A stretch of DNA of 64,000 nucleotides from Candidatus Doudnabacteria bacterium (GTDB lineage: Bacteria; Patescibacteriota; Doudnabacteria; UBA920), in contig CAWINB010000004.1 of assembly GCA_963837465.1 (NCBI GenBank), positions 266,853 through 330,852 of the forward strand, given 5' to 3'. A program made the translations under genes and the position numbers. Of the stretch, positions 49,216-59,359 are shown piece after piece. The notes under the pieces were generated by a model. The model had not been told where the DNA came from and ran no database searches. It worked only from the letters and a program-made list of their open reading frames with translations. Numbering within the stretch: position 1 is the first letter of the stretch; every line of letters starts with the position of its first letter.

Positions 49216-49380
49216 AGAAACATTCCAAAAAGTCCATTTCGGCTGTAATCCCATAATTTCGGCTGTTTGTCATAAAAATTTTTTCCGCTTAGCTCTCTGG
49301 CTAAACATCAAAAATTCTTTATGCCAATCGTCACGTAATTCTGGAATTCCATCACGAAAGCGACTTTTCGTACCGTTTCT
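49216..49380. repeat. 165-bp dispersed element, copy 2
   Basis: Interior matches 28881-29012; same orientation as copy 1. Confidence 0.9.
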
Positions 49381-49495
49381 TTGATACCTGTTCGGAAATA
49401 ATTTTAACAGATGTGCCCCAAGTTTACATTAGCTTGGGGCCAGGCCCGAGAGCGAAAGTTTTTTACTTTCGGACCTGTGATTATTAAGCGATGCC

Positions 49496-49912
49496 ATGAA
49501 ACAAAAAATAATATCAAAAATTAAATTTATAAAATACACACTAACTTTGGCGGCCTTGTTTGTTCCTGTTCTGGCTTCGGCCCAAAGCAACGCGGTAACC
49601 GGAGGCCTGCAAAATGCCACGGGCCTGCAGTCACTTTTCGGCACAGGCGGCTTGAATAATTCCCAGAGCTTGAGTGATCTTATAGTTAATGTCGTAAGGT
49701 TACTGCTGACTTTTTCCGGTGTGATAGCCATACTGTTTGTAATCATTGGCGGTTTCCAGTACGTAACCTCCGGCGGTAACGAAGAAACTGCGGAAAAAGG
49801 CAAAAAAACGGTAATCAACGCCATCATCGGCATTATTCTGATAATCCTTTCCTACGTTATTATAAACGTCATTGCCAATACGGTGAGTAGTAATAGTGGG
49901 TATGGGTTTTGA
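49496..49912 (+). CDS. VirB2/TrbC-like pilin 4
   Basis: IIGGFQYVTSGGNEETAEKGKKTVINAIIG. Confidence 0.85.
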   Translation: MKQKIISKIKFIKYTLTLAALFVPVLASAQSNAVTGGLQNATGLQSLFGTGGLNNSQSLSDLIVNVVRLLLTFSGVIAILFVIIGGFQYVTSGGNEETAEKGKKTVINAIIGIILIILSYVIINVIANTVSSNSGYGF

Positions 49913-49982
49913 TGGGCTTTAATTAATTTTTTACAAAGTATCATCCGCCGGAGCTTTAGTGAAGATAAATAAAGACTTTAAA

Positions 49983-50624
49983 ATGTTTCAAATAAATCAA
50001 AATAAAGGTTTTATTTTTCAGTTTTTTGTTTTAACTATTTTAAGCTTGTTGTTTTTTGCTTTTTTTGATACTGCCTTGGCCCAAACGGCTGGTACTGCCA
50101 CGGCAGGCACTCCTTGCGCGGTTGTTGGGACACAAGATATCTGTGGTGCTGGCTTGATATGCTGCCTTGGTACGTCGGGAAGTAATAATACCTGTCAGGC
50201 TGTCCAACAGTGCAATGGCGGGACCAATACACCTACTCCTACTCCTCAAATACCATCTTCCATTACTAACATATCTCCCTTTACAGCACCTTGTCCGCAG
50301 AACTACTCTTTACTTAACGGCCTCTGTCTGCCATCCCAAGCACCTTTTGGAACCACGGGACTTGCTGGCGCTACCAGCCTTTCGGCTCTTTTGGTCTATG
50401 TCATTCAAATCCTTTTAACCTTTGCCGGAGTTTTGGCGGTGTTAATGCTGGTGGTCGGCGGTTACTGGTATATGGCGGCCGGCGGTAATGAGGAACTAGC
50501 GGAAAAAGGAAAGAAAACCATTATCAATTTTGTGCTTGGCTTGGTTATCATTATTATGGCTTACACGCTCGTGGCCATTCTTTCCGGAGCGCTTACGGGT
50601 AATACCGGTTTTCCTAATCTATAG
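49983..50624 (+). CDS. VirB2/TrbC-like pilin 5 with Cys-rich N-terminal domain
   Basis: VVGGYWYMAAGGNEELAEKGKKTIIN; the predicted GTG at 49959 lies inside a repeat so ATG 49983 is preferred. Confidence 0.82.
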   Translation: MFQINQNKGFIFQFFVLTILSLLFFAFFDTALAQTAGTATAGTPCAVVGTQDICGAGLICCLGTSGSNNTCQAVQQCNGGTNTPTPTPQIPSSITNISPFTAPCPQNYSLLNGLCLPSQAPFGTTGLAGATSLSALLVYVIQILLTFAGVLAVLMLVVGGYWYMAAGGNEELAEKGKKTIINFVLGLVIIIMAYTLVAILSGALTGNTGFPNL

Positions 50625-50728
50625 AGAAATATTCAAAGCCGCTTCCTGGATTTTTATTGGAGACGGCTTTTACGTTGCCAGATAGCATATAAAACTGTTA
50701 AAATAAATAAATTGTTTCGGATAACGGC

Positions 50729-50753
50729 AGTGTCAAGGGTGACCCTTGACACT
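50729..50753. repeat. 25-bp REP-like palindrome
   Basis: Identical to 45102-45126; 4 bp upstream of tRNA-Leu. Confidence 0.9.
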
Positions 50754-50757
50754 ATTT

Positions 50758-50844
50758 GGGGACGTGGCGGAATTGGCATACGCACAGCGCTTAGGACGCT
50801 GCTCCTGAAAAGGATTGTGGGTTCAAATCCCACCGTCCCCACCA
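50758..50844 (+). tRNA. tRNA-Leu(TAG)
   Basis: GGGGACG...CGTCCCC-ACCA; anticodon arm CAGCG-CTTAGGA-CGCTG; variable arm. Confidence 0.95.
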
Positions 50845-50974
50845 TTGAATTAACCACCACCATATAGCAATGGTGATGGTTATCATCAAGCCGGTCAATT
50901 ATCACTCTTGCCAACCTACTGATAATTTAATATACTGTTAGAACTTACAGACTTAATAAACTTATCACAATCAC

Positions 50975-52861
50975 ATGGGAAAAATTGTAAAAAATATTGT
51001 CCTTATTTTAATCGGTTTTCTTATAATCACCGCGATTTTTGCCGCTTTTAGCCAGAACACCAAAGTTACCCCTGTGCCGATTTCCGACATAGCCACCCTA
51101 CTCAGCCAGAACAAAGTGGACACTCTTACGGTTACGGACACCACGGTTACAGCCAAGCTTAAAAATAGCGATACGGAAGACCAGGCCACGGTAATCAGCA
51201 ACACCGACGTAATTAGTTTTTTTAAGGATACCGGAGTATCAGCTGGCAGCCTGATGCCGAATGAGGTAAAAATTGTCTACGACAACGGCAGCACGGCCGC
51301 CGGAATTGCCGACGCTATTCTGCCGTTTTTAATCCCGTTTATTCTGGTTTCTCTGTTTGTTTATTTTATGATGCGCCAGGTTCAGGGCAGCAACAATCGC
51401 GCGCTTAGCTTTGGACAAAGTTCGGTAAAGCTTAACGACGAGCGCAAAAACCGCGTCAAGTTCAGCGATGTTGCGGGCGCCAAAGAAGCCAAGGAAGAGT
51501 TAAAAGAAATAGTGGAATTTTTAAGGTTCCCCCAAAAGTTTTTGTCCTTGGGCGCCAAAATTCCCAAAGGGGTGCTGCTTTTAGGAAGTCCGGGCGTGGG
51601 AAAAACCTTGCTGGCCCGCGCCGTGGCTGGCGAAGCCAACGTGCCGTTTTTTCATATATCCGGTTCGGAATTTGTGGAAATGTTTGTGGGCGTGGGAGCT
51701 TCGCGCGTGCGGGATTTGTTTAAAAAAGCCAAAAAGAACGCTCCCTGCATAATTTTTGTGGATGAAATAGACGCGGTCGGACGCCAGCGCGGAGCGGGCG
51801 TGGGCGGAGGCCATGACGAGCGCGAACAGACGCTGAACCAGATTCTGGTGGAAATGGACGGTTTTGAAACCGATACCAACGTTATTGTTATGGCCGCCAC
51901 CAACAGGCCGGACGTGTTGGACCCGGCTCTTTTGAGACCCGGACGATTTGACCGCCAGGTATTTTTGGACCTGCCGGACATAAAAGACCGCGAAGAAATT
52001 TTAAAAGTCCACTCCAAGAACAAGCCTTTGGCCAAAGATGTCAACTTGCGCAAAATCGCCGAGCGCACGCCGGGTTTTTCCGGCGCCGACCTGGCCAATT
52101 TGATTAACGAAGCCGCTATTTTTGCCGCCAGGCAGGACAAAAAAGAAATTACGGCCTACGAGCTTAAGGAATCCATTGAAAAGGTTATGATGGGACCCCA
52201 GCGCAAAAGTATGGTAATGTCCGCCCAGGAAAAGGAACTGACGGCGTACCATGAGGGCGGCCACGCGCTTATTGGCAGCGTATTGCTATATTCCGATCCG
52301 GTTCACAAAGTATCCGTTATCTCCCGCGGTCGCGCTTTGGGTTACACCATGAAACTGCCGGTGGAAGACAAGCATACCCACACCCGCCAGAGCTTTTTTG
52401 ACGAAATCGCGGCTTTGCTGGGAGGTTACGCCGCGGAAAAATTGGTGTTCAATGAACTGACCACCGGCGCCTCCAATGACCTGAAAGTTGCCACCGGCAT
52501 GGCCAGGAAGCTGGTTATGAATTACGGCATGAGCGAGGAGATTGGGCCTATTGCCCTGGGCGAACAGCATGACATGGTATTTTTGGGCAGGGAAATCTCC
52601 GAACAGAGAAACTACAGCGAATCCGTGGCTAAAACCATAGACGAGGAAGTTTCCAAGATTATGAAAGCCGGACTTTCCCGCGCCACCGAACTTTTAATCA
52701 AATACAAAAGCTATTTGGATATCATAGCTCAAAGGCTGGTTAAAGAAGAAACTTTGGAGCAGGAACAGTTTTATGAGATTGTTAAAGATATCATTCCGGC
52801 CGGAAAAAAGACCGTCCCGGAGTTTGACGTTACGGAAGCTCCGGCCCCAAACCCGCTATGA
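50975..52861 (+). CDS. ftsH: ATP-dependent zinc metalloprotease
   Basis: [19 protein letters not shown] region [15 protein letters not shown]. Confidence 0.98.
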   Translation: MGKIVKNIVLILIGFLIITAIFAAFSQNTKVTPVPISDIATLLSQNKVDTLTVTDTTVTAKLKNSDTEDQATVISNTDVISFFKDTGVSAGSLMPNEVKIVYDNGSTAAGIADAILPFLIPFILVSLFVYFMMRQVQGSNNRALSFGQSSVKLNDERKNRVKFSDVAGAKEAKEELKEIVEFLRFPQKFLSLGAKIPKGVLLLGSPGVGKTLLARAVAGEANVPFFHISGSEFVEMFVGVGASRVRDLFKKAKKNAPCIIFVDEIDAVGRQRGAGVGGGHDEREQTLNQILVEMDGFETDTNVIVMAATNRPDVLDPALLRPGRFDRQVFLDLPDIKDREEILKVHSKNKPLAKDVNLRKIAERTPGFSGADLANLINEAAIFAARQDKKEITAYELKESIEKVMMGPQRKSMVMSAQEKELTAYHEGGHALIGSVLLYSDPVHKVSVISRGRALGYTMKLPVEDKHTHTRQSFFDEIAALLGGYAAEKLVFNELTTGASNDLKVATGMARKLVMNYGMSEEIGPIALGEQHDMVFLGREISEQRNYSESVAKTIDEEVSKIMKAGLSRATELLIKYKSYLDIIAQRLVKEETLEQEQFYEIVKDIIPAGKKTVPEFDVTEAPAPNPL

Positions 52862-52889
52862 GCCTGGTTAATAATATCTCGGAGTTGGT

Positions 52890-53651
52890 ATGCCCAAATT
52901 GCGACAAATCGCCTATGACTCATTCGTGTCCACCGGCTGTTACCCGCGTCGGTGGACTTTGGCATTAATCCAGGTAATTGCTTTTTCCTTAGTCGGCGAG
53001 CTGGCCCGTCCCCGCTGGTTGGTCTCTCCTTTTTTATTCTGGCTTTTAGCCGGGGCTGCGGTGCTTGGGCCCGTAACGGCCCGGCTTTGGCTGGAAATAG
53101 AAGCCGCGGAATCAAAAGTTCCAAAGCCTGTGCCGGCAAATATTTTTATTCAAAGCTGCGCCACCGCGACTGCTGTTATATTTTGCTCTGTCGGACTCAG
53201 TATAGCCGCCCGTTTTGTTGACGGGACTTGGATTTTTTTGGCCCTTGTTTCCAGCCTGATTGCCGCCACCGCGACTCTGGCAATGCTTTACGCGGTTTTA
53301 TGCGCCCAGCCGTTTGACAGGTCTTTAGCCCTGGCTTTATCAACCTGGAACAAAAAAATTTCCCTGGCCGCGGCCGCGGCCTTTATTCTGATACTGGCGC
53401 AGGGCGTTAGTTTTGCCCTGGTCCACGGGGTGTTTCTAAACTTCCTTTCTTTGTCAGGGTTTTCAGTTTTTACCCATTCTGCTACAATATGGGTATTGCT
53501 TTTAGCCTTGGTTTTTGTTGTTGTTTTGGCCGCGGCTTTTTTAAACTGTTTTTTGGTGCTTTTGTTCCTGGAAACCATCAGGAGGGAAAAAGAACCGGAA
53601 AGCCTGAAAAATGACGTTGTTAAACTGGTGGCATTGGAAGCTGAAAGGTGA
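52890..53651 (+). CDS. Hypothetical membrane protein
   Basis: 253-aa ORF with several TM segments. Confidence 0.65.
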   Translation: MPKLRQIAYDSFVSTGCYPRRWTLALIQVIAFSLVGELARPRWLVSPFLFWLLAGAAVLGPVTARLWLEIEAAESKVPKPVPANIFIQSCATATAVIFCSVGLSIAARFVDGTWIFLALVSSLIAATATLAMLYAVLCAQPFDRSLALALSTWNKKISLAAAAAFILILAQGVSFALVHGVFLNFLSLSGFSVFTHSATIWVLLLALVFVVVLAAAFLNCFLVLLFLETIRREKEPESLKNDVVKLVALEAER

Positions 53652-53667
53652 TTTTGCGATAAACCCC

Positions 53668-53744
53668 GGACGCGTAGCTCAGTTGGTTAGAGCGACTCGT
53701 TGACGTCGAGTAGGTCCCCCGTTCGAATCGGGCCGCGTCCACCA
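53668..53744 (+). tRNA. tRNA-Val(GAC)
   Basis: GGACGCG...CGCGTCC-ACCA; anticodon arm ACTCG-TTGACGT-CGAGT; C49-C65 mismatch in the T stem. Confidence 0.92.
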
Positions 53745-53837
53745 TAGAAATAATTAATCATTGACAATTGACTTTTAACTGTTGCTTCCGTTCCGCAGCC
53801 GTCAAAGGTCAAATGTCAAAAGTAAAATCTACTTTTG

Positions 53838-54530
53838 ATGCCATCTTTAGACCAGAAAGAGCTGGAAAAAATCCTCGGGCTTAAACTTAATAACCCGGAC
53901 ATTTACCTTTCCGCGTTTACCCACCGGTCCTACCTCAACGAGAACCGCGGTTTCCACCTGCCCCATAACGAACGCCTGGAGTTTTTAGGCGACGCGGTTT
54001 TGGAACTTGCGGCCACGGAATACCTATATCGTAACTACCCCCATCCGGAAGGGGAGCTGACCAACTTTAGGAGCGCGCTGGTCAATTATAAAATGCTCAG
54101 CCTGATTGCTTCACGCCTTGGATTTGAAAAATTTTTATTGATGTCGCGCGGCGAAGCCAGGGATACCGGCCGCGCCAGGCAGGTAATTTTAGCCAACTGC
54201 ATAGAGGCGGTGCTTGGGGCAATGTATCTGGATGCCGGCTACCAGGAGACCACCAACTTTATCGCCAGGGAAATTCTGGTGGAATTGCCGGCGATTATTA
54301 CCGGCGGCAGTTATATGGATGCCAAATCCAAACTTCAGGAGTTAGTACAGGAAAAACGCGGCATAACCCCAACTTACGGAGTAGTTTCCGAAACCGGCCC
54401 GGATCATAATAAGTTATTTGTAGTAGCCGCCTTAGTCGGCCAAACCGAAGTCGGCCGCGGCCAGGGACCAAGTAAGCAGGAAGCGGAACTTGCGGCGGCG
54501 GAAAACGCATTGAAAAATAATAATTTTTAA
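53838..54530 (+). CDS. rnc: Ribonuclease III
   Basis: THRSY, NERLEFLGDAVL, dsRBD KSKLQE...GPDH...SKQEAE. Confidence 0.97.
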   Translation: MPSLDQKELEKILGLKLNNPDIYLSAFTHRSYLNENRGFHLPHNERLEFLGDAVLELAATEYLYRNYPHPEGELTNFRSALVNYKMLSLIASRLGFEKFLLMSRGEARDTGRARQVILANCIEAVLGAMYLDAGYQETTNFIAREILVELPAIITGGSYMDAKSKLQELVQEKRGITPTYGVVSETGPDHNKLFVVAALVGQTEVGRGQGPSKQEAELAAAENALKNNNF

Positions 54531-54938
54531 GTGAAGTTTTATAAAACAAAAATAGAAATATTAGCCGGTACCGATTATAGAGAAATTTATACTAAGGCCA
54601 AAGCCATATTTTTGCAAATTTAAAAAGAAAAGCAAGCGCGAGCCTTATGTAAGGTCGGCCTACTTTAACGGCGATAAAATATTTTAGATTATTTTTGGGA
54701 ACATTTGCACCAGAACAATTCAGCTGACAGGTTCAGAAGGCTAAAATTTTACCAGTGCGCATTGGAATTAATAAAGAATAATAAAAACGATCCTATAACG
54801 GTTCAAAATCCCAATCGTCCGAATGAGGTTTTCCACAGGTTTTTTGGCAGAAGCGCCGATGGACAAGAATTTATAACCCAAATTAAAGAAAATAAAAGAA
54901 CAGATCAAAAGTTTTTTATATCAGTTTTTCCAAAATAA
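54531..54938 (+). pseudogene. Hypothetical protein disrupted by two compensating one-base indels
   Basis: GTG 54531 frame stops at 54621; KKKSKREPYVRSAYF lies in the shifted frame; original frame resumes at ~54684. Confidence 0.55.
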
Positions 54939-55081
54939 AAAAACCCTCCGCCAATTGTAATCACAGTAACTGTGAGTCACGGCCGAAAGCTTTTTCGCAA
55001 AGTCCTCCGCAAGTGTGGTGCAAAAACCACGGGGTTGAGAATTTATAGTATAATTTTAACAAGAAATAAGTATTTGTCAAT

Positions 55082-57709
55082 ATGTACCTGAAACGCCTGG
55101 AAATCCACGGATTTAAATCTTTCGCCCAAAAAACCACTATGGAGTTCAGTAGCGGCGTTATTGCTATTGTTGGGCCCAACGGTAGCGGTAAGTCCAATGT
55201 GGCGGATTCCCTAAGGTGGGTTTTGGGCGAACAGAGCCCCAAAATAATCCGCGGCAAAAAAAGCGACGATGTAATTTTCGCCGGCAGTGATAAAAAGACC
55301 CGGCAGGGTTTTGCCGAAGTCACCGCGACTTTTGATAACAGCGATAACCGCATTCCGGTGGATGCCTCCGAAGTCAGCATCGGCCGCAGGATTGACAGGA
55401 GCGGTGAAAGCGAATATTTGCTCAACGGCAATAAAGTAAGGCTTTTGGATATTGTGGATTTGGTTTTAAAAAGCAATATTGGAACTTCCAGGTACACTGT
55501 TATCGGCCAGGGCACCATTGACCAGATGATTTTGCAGGGACCGGGCGAAATTAAAAATTTGCTGGACGAGGCCAGCGGAGTAAAAAGCTATTACCTCAAG
55601 CGCGAAAAAACTTTAAGACGTTTGGAGCAGACAGCGCAAAATTTAATGCGCGCCGAAGACCTTATCGCGGAAATAGAACCGAGGCTGAAATCTTTAAGGA
55701 GACAGGCAAAAAAAATGGAAGCGCGGGCCGAAGTTGAACAGGAGCTGAAAATTTACCAGCGGGAATTTTTTAGCGGCGCTTTTTGGCAGCTTAGGCACGG
55801 CTTGGATGGCATTTTAACGCAGCTGCAGTATACCGGCCGGCAAAAGAAAGTTTTGGAAGACCGGTCCGCGGTTTTGCGCGGGCAGGCGGAAGTTTTGGAA
55901 TCTGGAGTTCAGCAGGGCGGGGGGAAGTTTGACGCGGTTCAGGAAGAAATGGCTAAACTGCAAAGCCAAAAGAATAAGCTGTTGGAGGATTTAAGCTTGG
56001 TCCGCGGCAAAATGCAAAGCCAAAAGACCGCGGTTTCCGGCGACGCCCAAAGCCTGCAGGTTGAGGCGCACACAGCCGCCGGAAAAATTGAAGAAGTAAC
56101 GGCCAAAATCCTGCAAATTCAGGCAGAACATCAGCAAGCAGAAAAAGGTTTTGTAGCCCAGTTTCAGTTTCTGGAAGCGGTCAACAAAAAGCTTGATGAG
56201 TTGTCGCAAAAGTTAAGCCAGCCGACGCAAATTGACTGGAGCGTTTTGGGTAGAGAGCTGGAGGTTTTGGAAAATATCTGGAATGATTTTTATAACAATC
56301 TTCCCGCGGCCCAAAATCTGGACGAAATAAAATTAAAAGCCCGGGGTTTAAACAGCGGGTTTTTAAAGTTTAAGACCGCGGCCAAAGCGGCGGTTTTGGA
56401 CCCCCAGGCCGGAATGCTTATAATAAAACAGGAATTGGACGGTTTGTTTAAGCAAAAGGAGCAGTTAAGCGGCGCCGTTAACGCGGCACAGCTTGATATG
56501 AGCAAAAACAAAATCGCGCTGGATTTTTCCCAAAGGGAGCTTTCGGGCCTGCGGCAGCAAAAATTCCACCTGGATTTGGAACTGAAAAAAGCCCAAAGCA
56601 GTTCGCCGGATGAATTTTGGAATGATCTTTTAAGCGAGGAGCAAAAAATAAAAATTTTGGTTGACGCTTTGGGCGCGGAAATAATCAAAGTGGAAAATAT
56701 TTTAAGGGAATATTACGCTTCGGAAGACGCCAGACAGAAAATCCTGCGTGAAACCGAAAATTCATTCAGGGATTTGCAGGACCAGCTTTCCGGGGTCAAA
56801 GACCGGGAATCGTTAATTAATATAGAAAAGGCCAAAATTGACACCCAAATGCAGGTCTTGGCCGAGGAAGTAAAAAGAATTTTGGGCGAGCGGGAGTGGC
56901 AGGGTTTTGCCGACATTAAAATGGAAAACCAAACCGCGGATTTGGAAGCCAAAATTATGCGGCTGAAAAACCAGCTGGATACCATCGGCGGAATGGATGA
57001 CTTAACCTTAAAGGAGTATCAGGAAACCGAGGCGCGGCATACCAATTTGAGCGCTCAGGTTAACGATTTAAAGCAGGGGGTCACGGACTTGCAGCAAATT
57101 ATAGACGAATTGGACGGCCACATAAAGCAAAGGTTTAACGAGTCTTTCCATAAGATTAACGAAAAATTTGAATTTTATTTCCGGGTGTTATTCAACGGCG
57201 GGCGGGCGTACTTAAGCCCGGTAAAAAATGAGGAAGACGAGTCGATTTCTGCCGAATCCACCGAAGACGCATCGGAGAGCGCGGTCAATGAATCGGAAAC
57301 ATTAAGACCCGAAGAAAAATTATTACAAAAATACGGCAAGGCTTCTTCCGGTATTACTGGCATAGATATTAAAGCCACGCCGCCGGGCAAAAAGCTGGCC
57401 AGCATCCAGGCGCTGAGCGGCGGCGAACGGGCTCTTACTTCCATAGCCCTGTTGTGCGCTTTGCTGTCCTGCTTTCCCTCTCCTTTTGTGGTCCTAGACG
57501 AAGTTGACGCGGCTTTGGACGACGCCAACACCATACGTTTTGGCCAAATCCTGGGAACTCTTGCCCACCAAACCCAATTTGTTACCATTACCCACAACCG
57601 CGAAACCATGTCCCAGGCCAATATTTTGTATGGGGTAACTATGGGGGATGATGGGGTATCTAAGCTGTTGTCGGTTAAACTTGAGCAGGCGAAGGAGTTT
57701 GCTAAATAA
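55082..57709 (+). CDS. smc: Short SMC chromosome segregation ATPase
   Basis: MYLKRLEIHGFKSF, GPNGSGKSN, QG, LSGGE, LDEVDAALD, ITHN; downstream of rnc. Confidence 0.93.
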   Translation: MYLKRLEIHGFKSFAQKTTMEFSSGVIAIVGPNGSGKSNVADSLRWVLGEQSPKIIRGKKSDDVIFAGSDKKTRQGFAEVTATFDNSDNRIPVDASEVSIGRRIDRSGESEYLLNGNKVRLLDIVDLVLKSNIGTSRYTVIGQGTIDQMILQGPGEIKNLLDEASGVKSYYLKREKTLRRLEQTAQNLMRAEDLIAEIEPRLKSLRRQAKKMEARAEVEQELKIYQREFFSGAFWQLRHGLDGILTQLQYTGRQKKVLEDRSAVLRGQAEVLESGVQQGGGKFDAVQEEMAKLQSQKNKLLEDLSLVRGKMQSQKTAVSGDAQSLQVEAHTAAGKIEEVTAKILQIQAEHQQAEKGFVAQFQFLEAVNKKLDELSQKLSQPTQIDWSVLGRELEVLENIWNDFYNNLPAAQNLDEIKLKARGLNSGFLKFKTAAKAAVLDPQAGMLIIKQELDGLFKQKEQLSGAVNAAQLDMSKNKIALDFSQRELSGLRQQKFHLDLELKKAQSSSPDEFWNDLLSEEQKIKILVDALGAEIIKVENILREYYASEDARQKILRETENSFRDLQDQLSGVKDRESLINIEKAKIDTQMQVLAEEVKRILGEREWQGFADIKMENQTADLEAKIMRLKNQLDTIGGMDDLTLKEYQETEARHTNLSAQVNDLKQGVTDLQQIIDELDGHIKQRFNESFHKINEKFEFYFRVLFNGGRAYLSPVKNEEDESISAESTEDASESAVNESETLRPEEKLLQKYGKASSGITGIDIKATPPGKKLASIQALSGGERALTSIALLCALLSCFPSPFVVLDEVDAALDDANTIRFGQILGTLAHQTQFVTITHNRETMSQANILYGVTMGDDGVSKLLSVKLEQAKEFAK

Positions 57710-57812
57710 ATTTCAAATATCAAATTACAAATTTCAAATGTCCGGTGACGGTGTTTGAAATTTTACTGATTGGATTTCATTTGAAATTTGGTATTTGTAA
57801 TTTGATATTTTT

Positions 57813-58421
57813 ATGTCTGCTCTCCTTTCTTCTCTCACCAACATCATTATCCATATAATCTCCACCCTTGGTTATGCCGGCGTGGGTTTTTTAATGGCCC
57901 TGCAGACCGTGGCCGTTCCAATTCCGAGTGAAGTTATTTTGCCTTTCGCGGGTTTTTTGGCCGGAACCGGCAGGTTTAATATTTTTATTATCGCGATTGT
58001 CGGCGGACTGGGCAGCTGCATCGGCTCATCGGTTGCTTATTATATTGGCGATTTTGGCGGCCGACCCCTGGTTGCAAAGTACGGAAAATATCTTTTAATT
58101 TTGCACGGCGATTTAAGCCTGGCGGAAAAGTTTTTTACAAAGTTTGACGCAGAAGCCGCCTTTTTTGGCCAGCTACTGCCCATTGTCCGCAGCTTCATAG
58201 GCTTTGCCGCGGGTATAACCAAAGCTCCCTTTAAAAAGTTTTTAGTATACGTGCTTTTGGGTTCCTTTTTGTGGAGCCTTGGGCTTGCTTATTTGGGAGA
58301 GAAATTGGGACAGAATTGGGAAAGTTTACATAGTAAATTCCAGCATTTGGATTTAGCTGTAATTTTTTTAATTGTCATCGGCCTAATATTTTGGATTTAC
58401 CGCCACAGCAAGAGACCATAA
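57813..58421 (+). CDS. DedA family membrane protein
   Basis: PIPSEVILPFAG, GGRPL, LPIVRSFI...AG. Confidence 0.92.
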   Translation: MSALLSSLTNIIIHIISTLGYAGVGFLMALQTVAVPIPSEVILPFAGFLAGTGRFNIFIIAIVGGLGSCIGSSVAYYIGDFGGRPLVAKYGKYLLILHGDLSLAEKFFTKFDAEAAFFGQLLPIVRSFIGFAAGITKAPFKKFLVYVLLGSFLWSLGLAYLGEKLGQNWESLHSKFQHLDLAVIFLIVIGLIFWIYRHSKRP

Positions 58422-58478
58422 TACTTTTGAGCGGCCGTCCAAAAGTATTATGGTATTTTAGTTAAAAGAAAAAGACCT

Positions 58479-58803
58479 GGGCATTTAGCTCAGGCCTGAT
58501 CCGTGACACCCGATTGTGCCACGGAAGATAATGGCAAGCTTTCATGCAAGTTGATCCAAGAGGCATTTAACGGTAAGACTTCTGGAAATCATAGCCGGTC
58601 TTTGCAGGGCGATCTCGTGGACTACGGCGAAGTTAGTTATGATTTCGTCAGTGGAATATCCAATCACACTGTCCGGAGAGAGAGTCAATAAGGGTTTTGT
58701 GGTAGCGTGCAGATCTATCGGCGTCAAAGAATCTGTGATCGCCCATAAATAGGCACACTACACGGCGATGTTCTGGCGGTTGACGATCAATCGGCTAAAT
58801 GCT
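58479..58803. ncRNA. Candidate structured RNA (~325 nt) between dedA and rpsP
   Basis: Ends pair (GCATTTAGC/GCTAAATGC); internal GGGCGATC/GATCGCCC and TTGATC/GATCAA; GC-richer than its flanks. Confidence 0.4.
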
Positions 58804-58937
58804 AGAATATCAGCACGCTCAAGTAGTTATTTAAATGGATTTAAAGATTCTCTGAGTTTGCTGCTTAAGAGATTTTAATTCATTTACGACAATATCTTAA
58901 TATCCGCAATATCAATTAATACCTTTTAATATTTTCT

Positions 58938-59348
58938 ATGCTAACCATTCGTTTACAACGTACCGGCAAAAAAAACCAGGCTGATTTTAGGATTGTGCTG
59001 GCGGAAAAGGAAGCGCCGGTGCAGAAAAAGTTTGTGGAAATTTTAGGCAGTTATAATCCCCGCAGGAAAACTTTCCAGGTCAGGGAAGAACGGGTTAAAT
59101 ACTGGATTGGCCAAAGGGTGGAGCTAAGCGAAACCATGCATAATCTGTTTGTAACCAAAGGGTTTGTGCAGGGAACAAAAGTAAAAGCTTTCAGCATTCC
59201 CAAAAAGCCCGTTGAACCGGCGGCGGAAGCCAAGGCGGCGGCAACGGAAACTCCGGCTGAAGTTGGGGAAGCGGTTGCCGAAGTTGAAGCTAAGATAGAG
59301 GCTCCTGTCGCGGAAGAATCCAAGTCCGCCGAAACCCCGGCGCAATAG
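58938..59348 (+). CDS. rpsP: 30S ribosomal protein S16 with Ala/Glu-rich tail
   Basis: MLTIRLQRTGKKNQADFRIV, EILGSYNP. Confidence 0.95.
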   Translation: MLTIRLQRTGKKNQADFRIVLAEKEAPVQKKFVEILGSYNPRRKTFQVREERVKYWIGQRVELSETMHNLFVTKGFVQGTKVKAFSIPKKPVEPAAEAKAAATETPAEVGEAVAEVEAKIEAPVAEESKSAETPAQ

Positions 59349-59359
59349 TATCAAATATA

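Noticed and set aside
47709-50624. Diversity-generating retroelement acting on the pilins
   Set aside because: No reverse transcriptase and no template/variable repeat pair differing only at adenines was seen
58542-58727. 61-aa ORF ending in -LA as a tmRNA tag
   Set aside because: No tRNA-like domain or CCA end flanks it
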